Positions 49,570 to 59,586 of a DNA stretch of 64,000 nucleotides are shown here, one piece after another. The stretch comes from an uncultured delta proteobacterium (GTDB lineage: Bacteria; Desulfobacterota; Desulfobacteria; Desulfobacterales; B30-G6), in assembly GCA_963848165.1 (NCBI GenBank), contig CAWKCS010000025.1, positions 28,151-92,150 of the forward strand, read 5' to 3'. Position 1 is the first letter of the stretch. Every line of letters begins with the position of its first letter. The notes below the pieces were generated by a model, which made no database searches, was not told where the DNA came from, and saw only the letters and a program-made list of their open reading frames with translations. The position numbers were made by a program, and so were the translations under genes.

Positions 49570-50793
49570 ATGGCCGCACCAGACCCCACAACACATTTCC
49601 AGACCGATGATAACGTTCCAACTCATGAACTGAAAAACCGTATTACCGCATTGCAGGAGCGCCTGTCCCGCAACAAAGTGGATGCCGCGCTGATTCTTCA
49701 AAGCAGTGACCTGTACTACTTTTCCGGTACCACCCAGCAGGGGCACCTGTATGTGCCTGTCGACGCCCCGCCGATTCTTTTGGTGCGCAAAAGTATCCAT
49801 CGGGCCACAGCGGAATCGAATCTGGATACGATTCTTCCCATATCCGGTCTTTCCCGGCTTCGATCCATTTTAAAAGACAATGGCTGCAAGGCACCCCGAA
49901 CCCTCGGCATGGAGCTGGATGTGCTGCCCGTCAACCTGTATCACAAATACCGGGATATTTTTGACGAGGCCCGAATCGTCGATATATCCCACGACATCCG
50001 GATGGTCAGGTCCGTCAAATCTATGTTCGAGATAGATCGGATAACCCAGGCAGCCGCGTTCTCAGATCAGGTGGCATCCTTTGTAAAAGAAGAACTGCGA
50101 GAAGGGATCACCGAAGTTGAACTAGCAGGCAAGCTCGAAGCCAGGGCCCGGAAACTTGGTCACCAGGGGATGGTGCGCATGCGCTTGTGGGGCAGCGAAA
50201 TGTTTTACGGACACCTCATGTCGGGTGCATCAGCAGCCGTCCCCAGCGCCCTCGCCTCCCCCACCGGAGGTGCGGCCATGAGCCCGGCGTTTTCCCAGGG
50301 TCCCGGTTTCAAAAAAATCCAGCGTCATGAACCCGTTCTCTTCGACTATGTTTTTGCCTACAAGGGTTATCTGGCAGACCACACACGGATCTTTTCATTG
50401 GGAAGTCTTCCCGATGACATGCTGAACGCGCATCAGGCCATGCTGGATCTCCAATCCCTGCTGATAAAAAAGATGCTGCCGGGTGTTCCTGCCGGCCATG
50501 TCTACGATATGGCCATGGCCTTCGTCGATAAATCCGGTTATGATCGTTTTTTTATGGGTGCTGAAACGCAACGCATCCGTTTCATCGGGCATGGTGTCGG
50601 GCTGGAGCTGGATGAATATCCATTTTTAGCCCAGGGGCAGCAGCTCCGTCTCCAGGAAAACATGGTCATCGCCCTGGAACCGAAACTCGTCTTTCCCGGA
50701 AAAGGGGTCGTGGGGGTGGAGAATACCCATGTGGTCACATCGGACGGATTGCAGCCCCTGACCACGTATCCCGAGGAGATAGAAATTATCTAA
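49570..50793 (+). CDS. M24-family Xaa-Pro aminopeptidase/creatinase-like peptidase
   Basis: …FDYVFAYKGYLADHTR… …GHGVGLELDEYPF… …ALEPKLVFPGKGVVGVENT… The likely start is the ATG at 49570; the ORF-track ORF begins at 49495. Confidence 0.85.
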   Translation: MAAPDPTTHFQTDDNVPTHELKNRITALQERLSRNKVDAALILQSSDLYYFSGTTQQGHLYVPVDAPPILLVRKSIHRATAESNLDTILPISGLSRLRSILKDNGCKAPRTLGMELDVLPVNLYHKYRDIFDEARIVDISHDIRMVRSVKSMFEIDRITQAAAFSDQVASFVKEELREGITEVELAGKLEARARKLGHQGMVRMRLWGSEMFYGHLMSGASAAVPSALASPTGGAAMSPAFSQGPGFKKIQRHEPVLFDYVFAYKGYLADHTRIFSLGSLPDDMLNAHQAMLDLQSLLIKKMLPGVPAGHVYDMAMAFVDKSGYDRFFMGAETQRIRFIGHGVGLELDEYPFLAQGQQLRLQENMVIALEPKLVFPGKGVVGVENTHVVTSDGLQPLTTYPEEIEII

Positions 50794-50798
50794 GGCAC

Positions 50799-50851
50799 TA
50801 AAAAAAGCCGCCCCATTCCAAAATAAAGTCTTTCTTGAAATGGGGCGGCTT
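50799..50851 (-). terminator. Rho-independent terminator after rpsI (stem shared with the convergent peptidase gene)
   Basis: A perfect 13-bp stem, aagccgccccatt (50805-50817) with aatggggcggctt (50839-50851). On the minus strand it is followed by TTTTTTT (the + strand A-run at 50799-50806). Confidence 0.75.
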
Positions 50852-50877
50852 GAAAACGATATGGATATAAACAGGTT

Positions 50878-51273
50878 CTAACGCTTGGAGAACTGATAGC
50901 GGGCTCTGGCACCTTTTTGCCCGTATTTCTTGCGCTCCTTGACCCTGGCATCACGTGTGATAAACCCGGCCTTTTTCAGCACCTGCCTCAGGTCCGGCTC
51001 CACCTGGAGCAAGGCCTTGGTGATGCCGTGACGGATAGCACCCGCCTGACCGGTAATACCGCCACCCAGTACACGCACCCTGATATCGTAGGCCGCCTGG
51101 GTATTGGTGAGTGACAGGGGCTGCAGCATGATAATTTTGGCCGTACCCGCCTTGAAATAATCATCAAGAGGTCGGTCGTTAACGGTAATTTTACCGGTTC
51201 CCGGTTCCAGCCATGTCCGGGCAATAGAGGTTTTTCGTTTGCCGGTTGCGTAATATACGTTTTGTTCTGCCAT
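50878..51273 (-). CDS. rpsI: 30S ribosomal protein S9
   Basis: [22 protein letters not shown]… …[17 protein letters not shown]. The start at 51273 is preceded by GAGGAAA; the ORF-track ORF extends to 51285. Confidence 0.96.
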   Translation of the reverse strand: MAEQNVYYATGKRKTSIARTWLEPGTGKITVNDRPLDDYFKAGTAKIIMLQPLSLTNTQAAYDIRVRVLGGGITGQAGAIRHGITKALLQVEPDLRQVLKKAGFITRDARVKERKKYGQKGARARYQFSKR

Positions 51274-51356
51274 AGGTTTCCTCAACTCTTGTCTCTTGGT
51301 AATTTAATTGATTTGTCTTCGGTTCATTGCCTGCCGCCCCTTGCCAATGGTCCACA

Positions 51357-51794
51357 TCACTGGAATGCCAGCGGTTCAGGCTGCTGAGCTTCATGGGGGT
51401 GTGCATCGCCGGCATATACTTTTAATTTCTTGATCATGGCCTTGCCCAGTCTGTTTTTAGGCAGCATCCCTTTGACCGCAAAACGGATCAGATCTTCGGG
51501 CCGATCCTCCCGCAATTTCTTGGCAGGAATGGTCGTAAGACCACCGATATACCCGCTGTGGCGGTAATAATTTTTCTGATCCCACTTTCTGCCGGTAAGC
51601 ACAATTTTCTCCGCGTTGATGACCACAACCGAATCCCCGGTATCCACATGGGGCGTAAACAACGGGTTGTGTTTTCCTCTCAAGTGCGCCGCGATGGAGG
51701 ATGCCAGCCGGCCAAGAACCTGCCCCTCTGCATCGACAACCCACCACTTGTCATTGTTGTCTTCTTTTTTGGCACTGTATGTATACTTTTTCAC
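51357..51794 (-). CDS. rplM: 50S ribosomal protein L13
   Basis: …[43 protein letters not shown]… The likely start is a GTG at 51794 preceded by GGGAGA; the ORF-track ORF extends to 51827. Confidence 0.95.
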   Translation of the reverse strand: MKKYTYSAKKEDNNDKWWVVDAEGQVLGRLASSIAAHLRGKHNPLFTPHVDTGDSVVVINAEKIVLTGRKWDQKNYYRHSGYIGGLTTIPAKKLREDRPEDLIRFAVKGMLPKNRLGKAMIKKLKVYAGDAHPHEAQQPEPLAFQ

Positions 51795-51889
51795 ATCTAT
51801 TCTCCCTGGGAAATCGCCTTTGAACAACGGACGGCGCTTTCACGAATTCTTTAAAAATGAATCTGGATATTTAAGTCATATATTTTAGG

Positions 51890-52726
51890 ATGTCAAGGAA
51901 TAATTTGACACGTCACAACTTTTCCCCTAATATCCATGCCATCATGCACCCCGACAACGACCACGTTTCCGTGATGACCCTCAATCTTCGCTTCGGTCTG
52001 GCAGAAGACGGGCCCAATGCTTGGAAATATCGCAAAAAACTGATACCGGAATTGTTTCGGGCATATCCGGTGGATTTTATCGGATGCCAGGAGGTCAATG
52101 ACTTTCAAGCCGACGATCTTGCAGCCATTCTCAGCGATTATCGACTGATCGGCCGTCGGCAACCCGCGCCCTCTTTCTGGCAGAACAATATCATCTTTTT
52201 CCGAAAAGACTGGCAGGTACAAAACAGTGAACATTTCTACCTGAGCGAGATGCCTGATATACCGAGCCGCTCACATAATAGCCAGTGGCCCAGGCAGTGC
52301 ACCATCGGCACATTCAAGAGGATGTCACGCAAGTTGACCTGTATCAACACGCATTTCGATTTTTCTTCTTCTGTTCAGGCATTCAGCGCCGGACTCATCA
52401 TGCAACGTCTCTTACAGCGCCCCGACCCTGTTCCCGCCGTTCTCATGGGTGATTTCAACGCACCCTTTGACTCGCCCCATTACCGGATTTTTATAAATAA
52501 ATCCGCCGTCGGACAAGAACCGGGCATTTCCTTTCACAATGCCTTTGATGACCCACCGTCCGGTACCCATCATGGATTTTCCGGAAAACCCGGCCGGGAC
52601 TGTATCGACTGGGTCCTTCATACAAACGGCATTACACCTGAAGATGCCCTGGTGGTCCGGGATCACGTGGAGGGGTCTTATTATTCCGATCACTTCCCGG
52701 TCGTTGTCTCATTTTCATTCACATAA
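51890..52726 (+). CDS. endonuclease/exonuclease/phosphatase (EEP) family protein
   Basis: 278 aa (…VMTLNLRFG… …FIGCQEV… …GDFN… …SDHFPV…). Confidence 0.85.
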   Translation: MSRNNLTRHNFSPNIHAIMHPDNDHVSVMTLNLRFGLAEDGPNAWKYRKKLIPELFRAYPVDFIGCQEVNDFQADDLAAILSDYRLIGRRQPAPSFWQNNIIFFRKDWQVQNSEHFYLSEMPDIPSRSHNSQWPRQCTIGTFKRMSRKLTCINTHFDFSSSVQAFSAGLIMQRLLQRPDPVPAVLMGDFNAPFDSPHYRIFINKSAVGQEPGISFHNAFDDPPSGTHHGFSGKPGRDCIDWVLHTNGITPEDALVVRDHVEGSYYSDHFPVVVSFSFT

Positions 52727-52737
52727 TTAATTTCCGG

Positions 52738-53106
52738 TTAAATACTCTGAGCCACCGGTCCGCAGCTTATTTCTCCATTCAATACGCCCCCTGGTTCCAG
52801 TTCCATCTCCCGGCATACGATATTACCGGAACAGGTTCCGGTGGAGAGGATAACCAATTTACCGGATAGTGTAAGCCGCCCCCTGAAAATTCCACCGATG
52901 GTGATAAATGAAGCCCGTGTTTCCGCCTCGACCACACCTTCTTCGGTAATAACGATATGATCGCCCACGAGGGTCCCCTTGACCGTACCATTGATGATCA
53001 ACTGCCCCTTGAACGATACCGAGCCATCAATGGTCAGTCCTTTTTCAACGATGGATAGTTTCTTCTGTGGATGCTGCAATGGGTATCTCCCGTTATGGAC
53101 ACACAT
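52738..53106 (-). CDS. bactofilin (polymer-forming cytoskeletal protein, DUF583)
   Basis: …LTIDGSVSFKGQLIINGTVKGTLVGDHIVITEEGVVEAETRASFITIGGIFRGRLTLSGKLVILSTGTCSGNIVCREMELEPGGVLNGEI… is the typical beta-helical bactofilin repeat. The true start is probably internal, because the 5' end overlaps the upstream ORF. Confidence 0.8.
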   Translation of the reverse strand: MCVHNGRYPLQHPQKKLSIVEKGLTIDGSVSFKGQLIINGTVKGTLVGDHIVITEEGVVEAETRASFITIGGIFRGRLTLSGKLVILSTGTCSGNIVCREMELEPGGVLNGEISCGPVAQSI

Positions 53107-53993
53107 CGGATGGGTTCCAGAGAAAAGTCTCTTTCGAATATCAATTCGCCCGTATCCTTGAAGATAAAGATGGTCGCCTGCACGAACACCCCTGGATTTT
53201 CATGCACAACCTTGAATTTAATGGTCCTGTAATTGTAAATTCGAAATCGCTGTCCTTTTGATTGAACTGGTTTTCCATCCATCAGCATGGCCCTGGGAAC
53301 TACCAGCCATTGGTCTTGCTCGGCATGCGCATCTTTCAGTATTACAAACGCATGCCCGGATACGGGCGCATCTCGGGATCCCATGTTGATAACCTTGAAC
53401 TCGATGCTCAGCAATGTCTCGTCAGGACTGGCGCAGATAAACAGATTATCCGCGGTAACCTTTTCAATGGCAGCATCCATGTCGGTGGCGTCAGGCTCCG
53501 GTGACATTCCAGATGCCTTGATGGTCTGCGGCGGCACTGTTGCCTGAGGTGCTTTCGGGGTGTTGCCGGAACTGGTCTTTTTGTCAGGCGGTACTTGCTC
53601 TTCTTCTTTCACCGCCGGGGGTTCACTCTGTTTTTCCATTGGAGGGCCGGAAACAAATGCTTTAAGTTTTGACTCTGTAATGGCCAGGCGGACCAAAACA
53701 CTTTCTTTTTCATTACGGATCGCTTCCATGGCACTATTCTGCCTGGAAACATCCTCCTGAATTGCCACCAGCTTTCCCCTGGTGTCCAGCCATTCAACCA
53801 GCAGCCACCCAATGGCACCTGCCATGACAAAGATCAGACCCGCCACCATCATGGCCACGCCTCTGAAATGAACAAACGGCCTCAGACTGCCGTTTTTCTC
53901 GACTCTCAGGAGATGCCAGCGGGTTTCTTTGTATGAGGGATGATCCTGTTTCAATTGTTTCATATAAGCTTGAAATTTTTTAACCATAAGCAC
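53034..53993 (-). CDS. hypothetical membrane-anchored protein with coiled-coil and Pro-rich linker
   Basis: 319 aa with one TM segment (…GVAMMVAGLIFVMAGAIGWLLV…), then a coiled-coil-like segment, a P/E/K-rich linker and a C-terminal globular region. No family was recognised. Confidence 0.5.
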   Translation of the reverse strand: MLMVKKFQAYMKQLKQDHPSYKETRWHLLRVEKNGSLRPFVHFRGVAMMVAGLIFVMAGAIGWLLVEWLDTRGKLVAIQEDVSRQNSAMEAIRNEKESVLVRLAITESKLKAFVSGPPMEKQSEPPAVKEEEQVPPDKKTSSGNTPKAPQATVPPQTIKASGMSPEPDATDMDAAIEKVTADNLFICASPDETLLSIEFKVINMGSRDAPVSGHAFVILKDAHAEQDQWLVVPRAMLMDGKPVQSKGQRFRIYNYRTIKFKVVHENPGVFVQATIFIFKDTGELIFERDFSLEPIRCVSITGDTHCSIHRRNYPSLKKD

Positions 53994-54019
53994 TAAGCCG
54001 CTTACAGCTTAATGCTTAA
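53987..54019. repeat. Intergenic hairpin, family B (copy 1)
   Basis: taagcactaagc (53987-53998) pairs with gcttaatgctta (54008-54019), 12 bp with one mismatch. It uses the same aagc/gctt word composition as copies 2 and 3. It lies just 3' of ruvB. Confidence 0.55.
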
Positions 54020-54032
54020 CGCTCAAAGCTAT

Positions 54033-55124
54033 CTAAAATAGCGCCTGCTGCTCATCGATCTTGAGCCCCAGATGCCGGAAGGCGGCTTCGGAAGCCTTGC
54101 GACCCGACGAGGTCCTGATGAGCAGCCCTGTTTTAAGAAGAAACGGTTCAACCACATCCACCAGGGTATCACTCTCCTCCTGCAGGGTTGCGGCAATGGC
54201 TTCGATGCCGACAGGCCCTCCGTGGTAAAAGTCGATGATCGTCTTCAAATATTTCCGGTCCAGCTTTGTCAGCCCTTTTGCATCCACCCCTTCCAGGGAC
54301 AAAGCCGCCTCGACAGTATCGAATGTGATAACGCCGTCAGCCCGCACCTGGGCATAGTCCCTGACCCGCTTGAGTAGGCGGTTGACAATTCTGGGGGTTC
54401 CCCGGGAGCGTTTGGAAAGTTCCTCAGCGGCAGCTTTATAAATTTGAATATTCAACAGCTTTGCGGATCGTGTTGAAATCTGAACCAGTTCCCGTTCATC
54501 ATAGAAATCAAGGTTTCGGAAAATGCCGAACCGATCCCTGAGGGGCGAAGAGAGAAGCCCTGCGCGTGTGGTAGCACCCACGATGGTAAATCGATTCAGG
54601 CGGTATCGGTGGCTCCTGGCATGGATGCCCTTGTCAAATACAAAATCAATGGCAAAATCCTCCATGGCCGGGTAGAGCAATTCTTCCACCGACTTGGGTG
54701 TACGGTGGATCTCGTCGATGAACAGGATATCGCCTTCTTCGAGATGTGTCAGCATACCGATGAGATCCCCCCCTTTTTCAAGGGCCGGACCCGACGTTGT
54801 GGTTAACTTGCCCCCCATCTCGTTGGCGATAATGTGTGCAAGGGTTGTTTTTCCAAGTCCGGGAGGGCCGTGAAACAGAACATGGTCGATGGGTTCCTGG
54901 CGTCTTGTGGCCGCCTCGATGGCGATTTTCAATGTTTCCACAATCTCGCCCTGACCGATATATTCAGAAAGCCTGGCCGGTCGAAGGGACAATATTTCAT
55001 TTTCCTCATCGCAGGGAAGACAATCACCGGAAACGATCTCCTGGGGTCCGATGGTACCGCTTTTGAAATGGTCTGGCATGGTTTGAGATATCTCCGAAGC
55101 CGATACATGAGTAAAAACCGGCAC
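54033..55124 (-). CDS. ruvB: Holliday junction branch migration DNA helicase RuvB
   Basis: 363 aa (…[15 protein letters not shown]… …[18 protein letters not shown]… …LFIDEIHR…). Confidence 0.98.
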   Translation of the reverse strand: MPVFTHVSASEISQTMPDHFKSGTIGPQEIVSGDCLPCDEENEILSLRPARLSEYIGQGEIVETLKIAIEAATRRQEPIDHVLFHGPPGLGKTTLAHIIANEMGGKLTTTSGPALEKGGDLIGMLTHLEEGDILFIDEIHRTPKSVEELLYPAMEDFAIDFVFDKGIHARSHRYRLNRFTIVGATTRAGLLSSPLRDRFGIFRNLDFYDERELVQISTRSAKLLNIQIYKAAAEELSKRSRGTPRIVNRLLKRVRDYAQVRADGVITFDTVEAALSLEGVDAKGLTKLDRKYLKTIIDFYHGGPVGIEAIAATLQEESDTLVDVVEPFLLKTGLLIRTSSGRKASEAAFRHLGLKIDEQQALF

Positions 55125-55161
55125 TGCTTTAACCCTGTAGGATTTATTGTTCTAAGCGATA

Positions 55162-55196
55162 AGCCATAAGCTGCTAAAAGCTTAACGCTTATGGCT
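55162..55196. repeat. Intergenic hairpin, family B (copy 2)
   Basis: agccataagc (55162-55171) pairs with gcttatggct (55187-55196), a perfect 10-bp stem. Flanking words agcgataagc…agcttaacgc are shared with copy 3. Confidence 0.7.
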
Positions 55197-55210
55197 AACC
55201 GCGGTAATCA

Positions 55211-55298
55211 GGTTTACAATTTGGTGCAATCGCTGCCGTCCACTGATAGCTATCAGCAACCCTCCAACCCTTGTATCACCCTCAAACCCTCGGACCCT
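55211..55298 (+). repeat. Intergenic repeat, family C (copy 2)
   Basis: ggtttacaat…ctgatagctatcagcaaccctccaacccttgtatcaccctcaaaccctcggaccctt. It shares modules with 45569-45665, and ccctcggaccctt recurs at about 62398-62410. Confidence 0.6.
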
Positions 55299-55922
55299 TC
55301 ATATCGGGTTGTCCTTTTGAATATGATACACCGCATCAAACAACTCCTCGGCTGTTGTATATGCCGGGCCCTGTTTGATAGCCTGCGCCACCATAGTCCT
55401 GGCATCCGCTATTTTGTGTCCCAACTGATTCACCAGTACATCGATGACCTGTTTTTCCAGGTCTTCGATTTCGGGCAGATCCGGCTTGTCGTCTTCACGC
55501 ATCAAGGCAAATTTTCCCATCTTGCCCTCCAGGGAAGCGACAATTTTCTGGGCCGTACGGATACCGATTCCCTTCAGCTCTTTGAGCCGACCGACATCCT
55601 TGGATTCGATGGCACTTGCGATCTCCCGGATCGGTCGGGTAAGAGCCCTGGCCGCTTTGAGTGGGCCGATGTCTTCCACAGAAATGAAGCGCTGAAAAAA
55701 TTCCCTTTCCACTTCCAGGTTGAAACCGATCAATATCGGTTTTGGCTGACGTTCCGTCTGTTGATGGTAAATGTACAGTGAAATCGTATCTCCTACCTGG
55801 GTGCCTTTCAACGATCGCATGACCACCGCCGGAAGTAGTATTTCATATCCGATATGATTGGTCAGAAGCAGGATGTGATCTTCATCCCTGCGCATGAGTG
55901 TGCCTTCGATATATCCGATCAT
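55299..55922 (-). CDS. ruvA: Holliday junction branch migration complex subunit RuvA
   Basis: 207 aa (MIGYIEGTL… …FQRFISVEDIGPLKAARAL… …LKELKGIGIRTAQKIV…). Confidence 0.96.
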   Translation of the reverse strand: MIGYIEGTLMRRDEDHILLLTNHIGYEILLPAVVMRSLKGTQVGDTISLYIYHQQTERQPKPILIGFNLEVEREFFQRFISVEDIGPLKAARALTRPIREIASAIESKDVGRLKELKGIGIRTAQKIVASLEGKMGKFALMREDDKPDLPEIEDLEKQVIDVLVNQLGHKIADARTMVAQAIKQGPAYTTAEELFDAVYHIQKDNPI

Positions 55923-55957
55923 AATTCGCCTGTGTTTTGTATTAGCTCTTAGCGATA

Positions 55958-55999
55958 AGCTGTAAGCGGCTTAGAGCTTAATGCTAAATGCTTACAGCT
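55958..55999. repeat. Intergenic hairpin, family B (copy 3)
   Basis: agctgtaagc (55958-55967) pairs with gcttacagct (55990-55999), a perfect 10-bp stem. Relative to copy 2, the two changed stem positions are compensated on the other arm. Confidence 0.7.
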
Positions 56000-56002
56000 G
56001 TA

Positions 56003-56479
56003 TTACCCATACCGGTATAATCCGATCAGCGCCAATCCTAATGCATCCGAAGCATGATACGGCTTTATGGGGTCAACCAGATTCAATTTCTGGCGGACCG
56101 CTTTCTCGAGTTGCTGCTTGGTTGCACGTCCGTTACCGGTCAAAACTTTTTTGGCTTCCCTGACCGCCACTTCAGATACGGAAACACCGGCTTTGAATCC
56201 TGCCAGCAACAAAATTCCCGTGACCTTCCCCAGCAGAATTCCTGATTTGGGATAATTGTTCAACGAAAAAACATCTTCTACTACCATGTGGTCGGGATGT
56301 TCTCTCTGCAGGACTTCTGTGACTTTTGAATAGATTTTATCGAGGCGATGCGGCAAAGAGATATCTTTTGAGGTATGAATGGTGCCATATGAATAGGCCT
56401 GAACCGAAAGCCCTTTACCCGTGACAACGCCGATACCGGTTGCAGATAAGCCAGGGTCTATGCCGATAATCTTTATCAT
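56003..56479 (-). CDS. ruvC: crossover junction endodeoxyribonuclease RuvC
   Basis: MIKIIGIDPGLSATGIGVV… …HMVVEDVF… …ASDALGLAL. The start is at 56479; the ORF-track ORF extends to 56503. Confidence 0.96.
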   Translation of the reverse strand: MIKIIGIDPGLSATGIGVVTGKGLSVQAYSYGTIHTSKDISLPHRLDKIYSKVTEVLQREHPDHMVVEDVFSLNNYPKSGILLGKVTGILLLAGFKAGVSVSEVAVREAKKVLTGNGRATKQQLEKAVRQKLNLVDPIKPYHASDALGLALIGLYRYG

Positions 56480-56548
56480 GTTGCGCGCTTCAAAGTGCCG
56501 CAAAGAACGCCGGGAAGGTGATGCATGGCTGCGAGGTTCTTCAAAATC

Positions 56549-57517
56549 CTATTGAAGTTCTTTTAATTTCTGAAGTGCTATTTTCCCTTCATTGGTTTCA
56601 GGGTACTTCTGACTCAGTTCCTTCAATATCAGCCTGGAATTGGCCTTGTCTCCCAGCGAGATAAAGGCAAAACCTTGTTTCAGCAAGGATGCGGGGACCT
56701 TGTTCCCTTTGGGGTAATTCTCGATGACTTTCTGATATTCCAGGATAGCTTTTTCATACCACTTTTCCCGGTAATAGATTTCACCTATCCAGAATTGCGC
56801 ATTGTCCGCATGTTCTGATTTCGGAAAATCCTTGATGATCGCTTCGAAAGCGGTACGGGCCGTCTCAAAATCACTCCGATCAAATGCCTGCTTGGCAGCG
56901 ACATAGCGTTCCTGGTCGGTGAGTGTCTTTTCGGCTGTTTGAGAGGGTTTTTTCGGCGCGATAGGCGACCCTGCCGATTCCAGGTTCAGGTACTGTTCGA
57001 TGTGCCGAAGACGGGCTTCGATCTGGTTAAGATTAATGGACAGCCTATCGAGCAGTATCTGAGTTCCTTTATCGGCATTCTCCCCGGCATCCAGTCGCTC
57101 CCGCATCATGAATTCCGATTCCTCGAGTCGACCTCCCAACAGCTGAACATCATCTTTGAGGGTCTCTATACCTGCATTCAGTTTTGCATACTCGGTTCTG
57201 AGCTGGATGTCTTCCTTCCCGAGGTTTTTTTCAAATTCGGAAATCTTGGTGCTGAGATAGACTCTGTTCTGCTCGATTTCCTTGCCGCTGCTCTCGTTTA
57301 CTCTTTCCAGACTGACGGCTTTTTCCTCAAGACTGGAAGCTTTTTGATCGAGCTTTTTGGCGAGGGCCTCCATCTTCGATAGCCGTTGATCAAGGATAAT
57401 GACGTCTTCCTGATGGGCACAACCGAGGAACATGGCCAAGATCGCAATTGAGAGAATAGATCTGAATCTCATATGGCAACTCTTCATTTCATAAAGCGGA
57501 CGGATAAAACACGGCAA
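56549..57517 (-). CDS. ybgF: tol-pal system protein YbgF/CpoB
   Basis: 322 aa with a lipoprotein-type signal (…LAMFLGC), an N-terminal coiled coil and C-terminal TPR repeats (…AQFWIGEIYYREKWYEKAILEYQKVIENYPKGNKVPASLLK…). Confidence 0.85.
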   Translation of the reverse strand: MPCFIRPLYEMKSCHMRFRSILSIAILAMFLGCAHQEDVIILDQRLSKMEALAKKLDQKASSLEEKAVSLERVNESSGKEIEQNRVYLSTKISEFEKNLGKEDIQLRTEYAKLNAGIETLKDDVQLLGGRLEESEFMMRERLDAGENADKGTQILLDRLSINLNQIEARLRHIEQYLNLESAGSPIAPKKPSQTAEKTLTDQERYVAAKQAFDRSDFETARTAFEAIIKDFPKSEHADNAQFWIGEIYYREKWYEKAILEYQKVIENYPKGNKVPASLLKQGFAFISLGDKANSRLILKELSQKYPETNEGKIALQKLKELQ

Positions 57518-57581
57518 GCAGCAGCCTTGCCGCTGCTTGCCGTTTATCTTGTCGATTCACTGAAGGAATCACACGCCGGAA

Positions 57582-58202
57582 TTATTCGACCACAAAATGA
57601 GCACGTCTGTTTTTGGCCCAGGATTCTTCATTCTTTCCCGTGTCTACAGGACGTTCCTCACCATAACTGATGGTGGATAACTGGTTGGCGTTAATGCCAA
57701 GATCCAAGAGAAAAGCCTTGGCGCTCTCTGCCCGGCGGTCACCTAAGGCAATGTTATAAGCACTGGTGCCGCGTTCATCACAGTGTCCTTCGATGATGAC
57801 GGAAGCATCCGTGACCATGCGAAGCCACTCAGCTTTTCGGGATAGCACTTCTTTGGCCATGTCCCCAAGAGCAGAGCTGTCGAAATCAAAGTAGACATCT
57901 TCATTCATGAACATCTGCATGGCAGCCATTTGGGCTCTTTCCAGTTCGGCCTCTTTTGCAGCCTGCTCAGCCAGCTGGGCCTGCCGGAGTTCCTCTTCGG
58001 CCTGCATTTCCCACTGTCTGGCAGCCTCTTCCTGGGCGGCCTGTTCCTGCGCGGCCAGAGCTGCTTCGTCAACTACCGGTTCAACCGGCGCTTCCTCGGC
58101 CACCGGTTCAGACTGGACAACTTTCTTTGCACATGAAACCGTGAAGAGCAGTCCTGGAACAATTACCATCAGACCTATGAGTACCCATAATTTTTTGCGC
58201 AT
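57582..58202 (-). CDS. pal: peptidoglycan-associated lipoprotein Pal (OmpA-family C-terminal domain)
   Basis: The lipobox is …LFTVSC. A long Q/A/E-rich linker precedes …VYFDFDSSAL… …IEGHCDERGTSAYNIALGDRRA…. Confidence 0.92.
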   Translation of the reverse strand: MRKKLWVLIGLMVIVPGLLFTVSCAKKVVQSEPVAEEAPVEPVVDEAALAAQEQAAQEEAARQWEMQAEEELRQAQLAEQAAKEAELERAQMAAMQMFMNEDVYFDFDSSALGDMAKEVLSRKAEWLRMVTDASVIIEGHCDERGTSAYNIALGDRRAESAKAFLLDLGINANQLSTISYGEERPVDTGKNEESWAKNRRAHFVVE

Positions 58203-58233
58203 ATTTTCCTCCTTTTTACTTTCGTGCTCGGTT

Positions 58234-59583
58234 TTAATTGGGAATAACGTTTGGAGACCATTTCGGATTTGTCTGCTCCCCCGGCATCGATATCAAGCGT
58301 CGCTGATCCGTTCCAAACGCCGTCATGATATATATTTTTGATCTGCCTTCACGGGTAGAATTGAAAACGATCAGGCTTCCATCGGGCGACCAGGAAGGCG
58401 CTTCGTTATCTCCCTGATTTTCTGTCAACTTTGCCCTGCTGCTGCCATCCACCACAATGGTGTAGATATCGATCCTGCCGCCATCCATGGAGGAGTATGC
58501 GATTTTATCCCCCTTTGGAGACCAATCCGGCTGCGTGTTGTACCTCCCCTGAAATGTCAACCTCCGGACACGACCCGATGTCATGTCCTTGATATAGATC
58601 TGGGGCGTCCCGGACCGCTTGGAAACAAAAGCCATTTGCTTTCCGTCCGGGGACCAGGTCGGTTCAACATCGATTCCACGACTATCCGTTAATCTTTTAA
58701 TAATTTTCCCTTCTCCGGTCAACAAATATATTTCCTGATCACCTGAAAAAGAGAGCGTCGCTGCCAGTTCAAATTTTCCCGGGACCCATGCCGGCGTAAT
58801 CTGGATGCCCTGTATGTCAAGGGTAGTACTCTTGTTTTCTGTTATATTTCTTATATATAGGTCGGGACGGCCCTTGGCATACGAGGTGTAGGCCATCCAT
58901 TTGCCATCGGAAGACCAGGCCGGAAAAAGCGTGATGTTCTCGTGATGGCTGAACTGCTCCGGATTGTGGCCGTTAAATTCACTGATAAAAATCTCCTTAT
59001 TACCGGCCACAGATGATAAAAACGCAATTTTACTGTCGAAAACACCCCTGTGACCCGTCAAGTGAACCATCACTTCGCCGCAAAATCGTCGTATCATGCG
59101 TGTTGTGTCATCGTGCCCCCCTTTATATCGCTTCCCGATAATCAGTTTTCCCTTGATGGTATCGAACAGGCGAAGCTCCGTTTCCATGAGACCGTCCTTC
59201 ACCAGAATTCCTCCTGTTATGAGCAATTCGGCGCCAATGGCCGTCCAATTTCGAAAATTGATCTGCGTAGCAAGAATATCGGGGTTTTTGGGATCCATGA
59301 GAAATGCCTGCCGGTCGAGCATTTTAAAATAGCCTGTAAATTCCAGCGTGTCAGACAAGAGGTCCGGCAAGTTGACAGTCAGGGCTTCGACGTCCGCCCC
59401 TCCTGAAATATTTTTAAACCAGGGTACGGCCAAGGGTATTTTATGCAGAAAAGGGTTGCTGATATCAATATAGTCATATTCGGCGGCATTGATGCTTGTC
59501 TGAGACACCATCAGGGCCACGACACATCCAATAATGGCACGCAAAACAACTTTCATGGGCTTTGAATTTTCAACTGATTCCAT
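58234..59583 (-). CDS. tolB: Tol-Pal system beta-propeller protein TolB
   Basis: 449 aa with repeated …PAWSSDGKWMAYTS… and …PTWSPDGKQMAFVS… WD-like propeller blades. Confidence 0.95.
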   Translation of the reverse strand: MESVENSKPMKVVLRAIIGCVVALMVSQTSINAAEYDYIDISNPFLHKIPLAVPWFKNISGGADVEALTVNLPDLLSDTLEFTGYFKMLDRQAFLMDPKNPDILATQINFRNWTAIGAELLITGGILVKDGLMETELRLFDTIKGKLIIGKRYKGGHDDTTRMIRRFCGEVMVHLTGHRGVFDSKIAFLSSVAGNKEIFISEFNGHNPEQFSHHENITLFPAWSSDGKWMAYTSYAKGRPDLYIRNITENKSTTLDIQGIQITPAWVPGKFELAATLSFSGDQEIYLLTGEGKIIKRLTDSRGIDVEPTWSPDGKQMAFVSKRSGTPQIYIKDMTSGRVRRLTFQGRYNTQPDWSPKGDKIAYSSMDGGRIDIYTIVVDGSSRAKLTENQGDNEAPSWSPDGSLIVFNSTREGRSKIYIMTAFGTDQRRLISMPGEQTNPKWSPNVIPN

Positions 59584-59586
59584 TCG

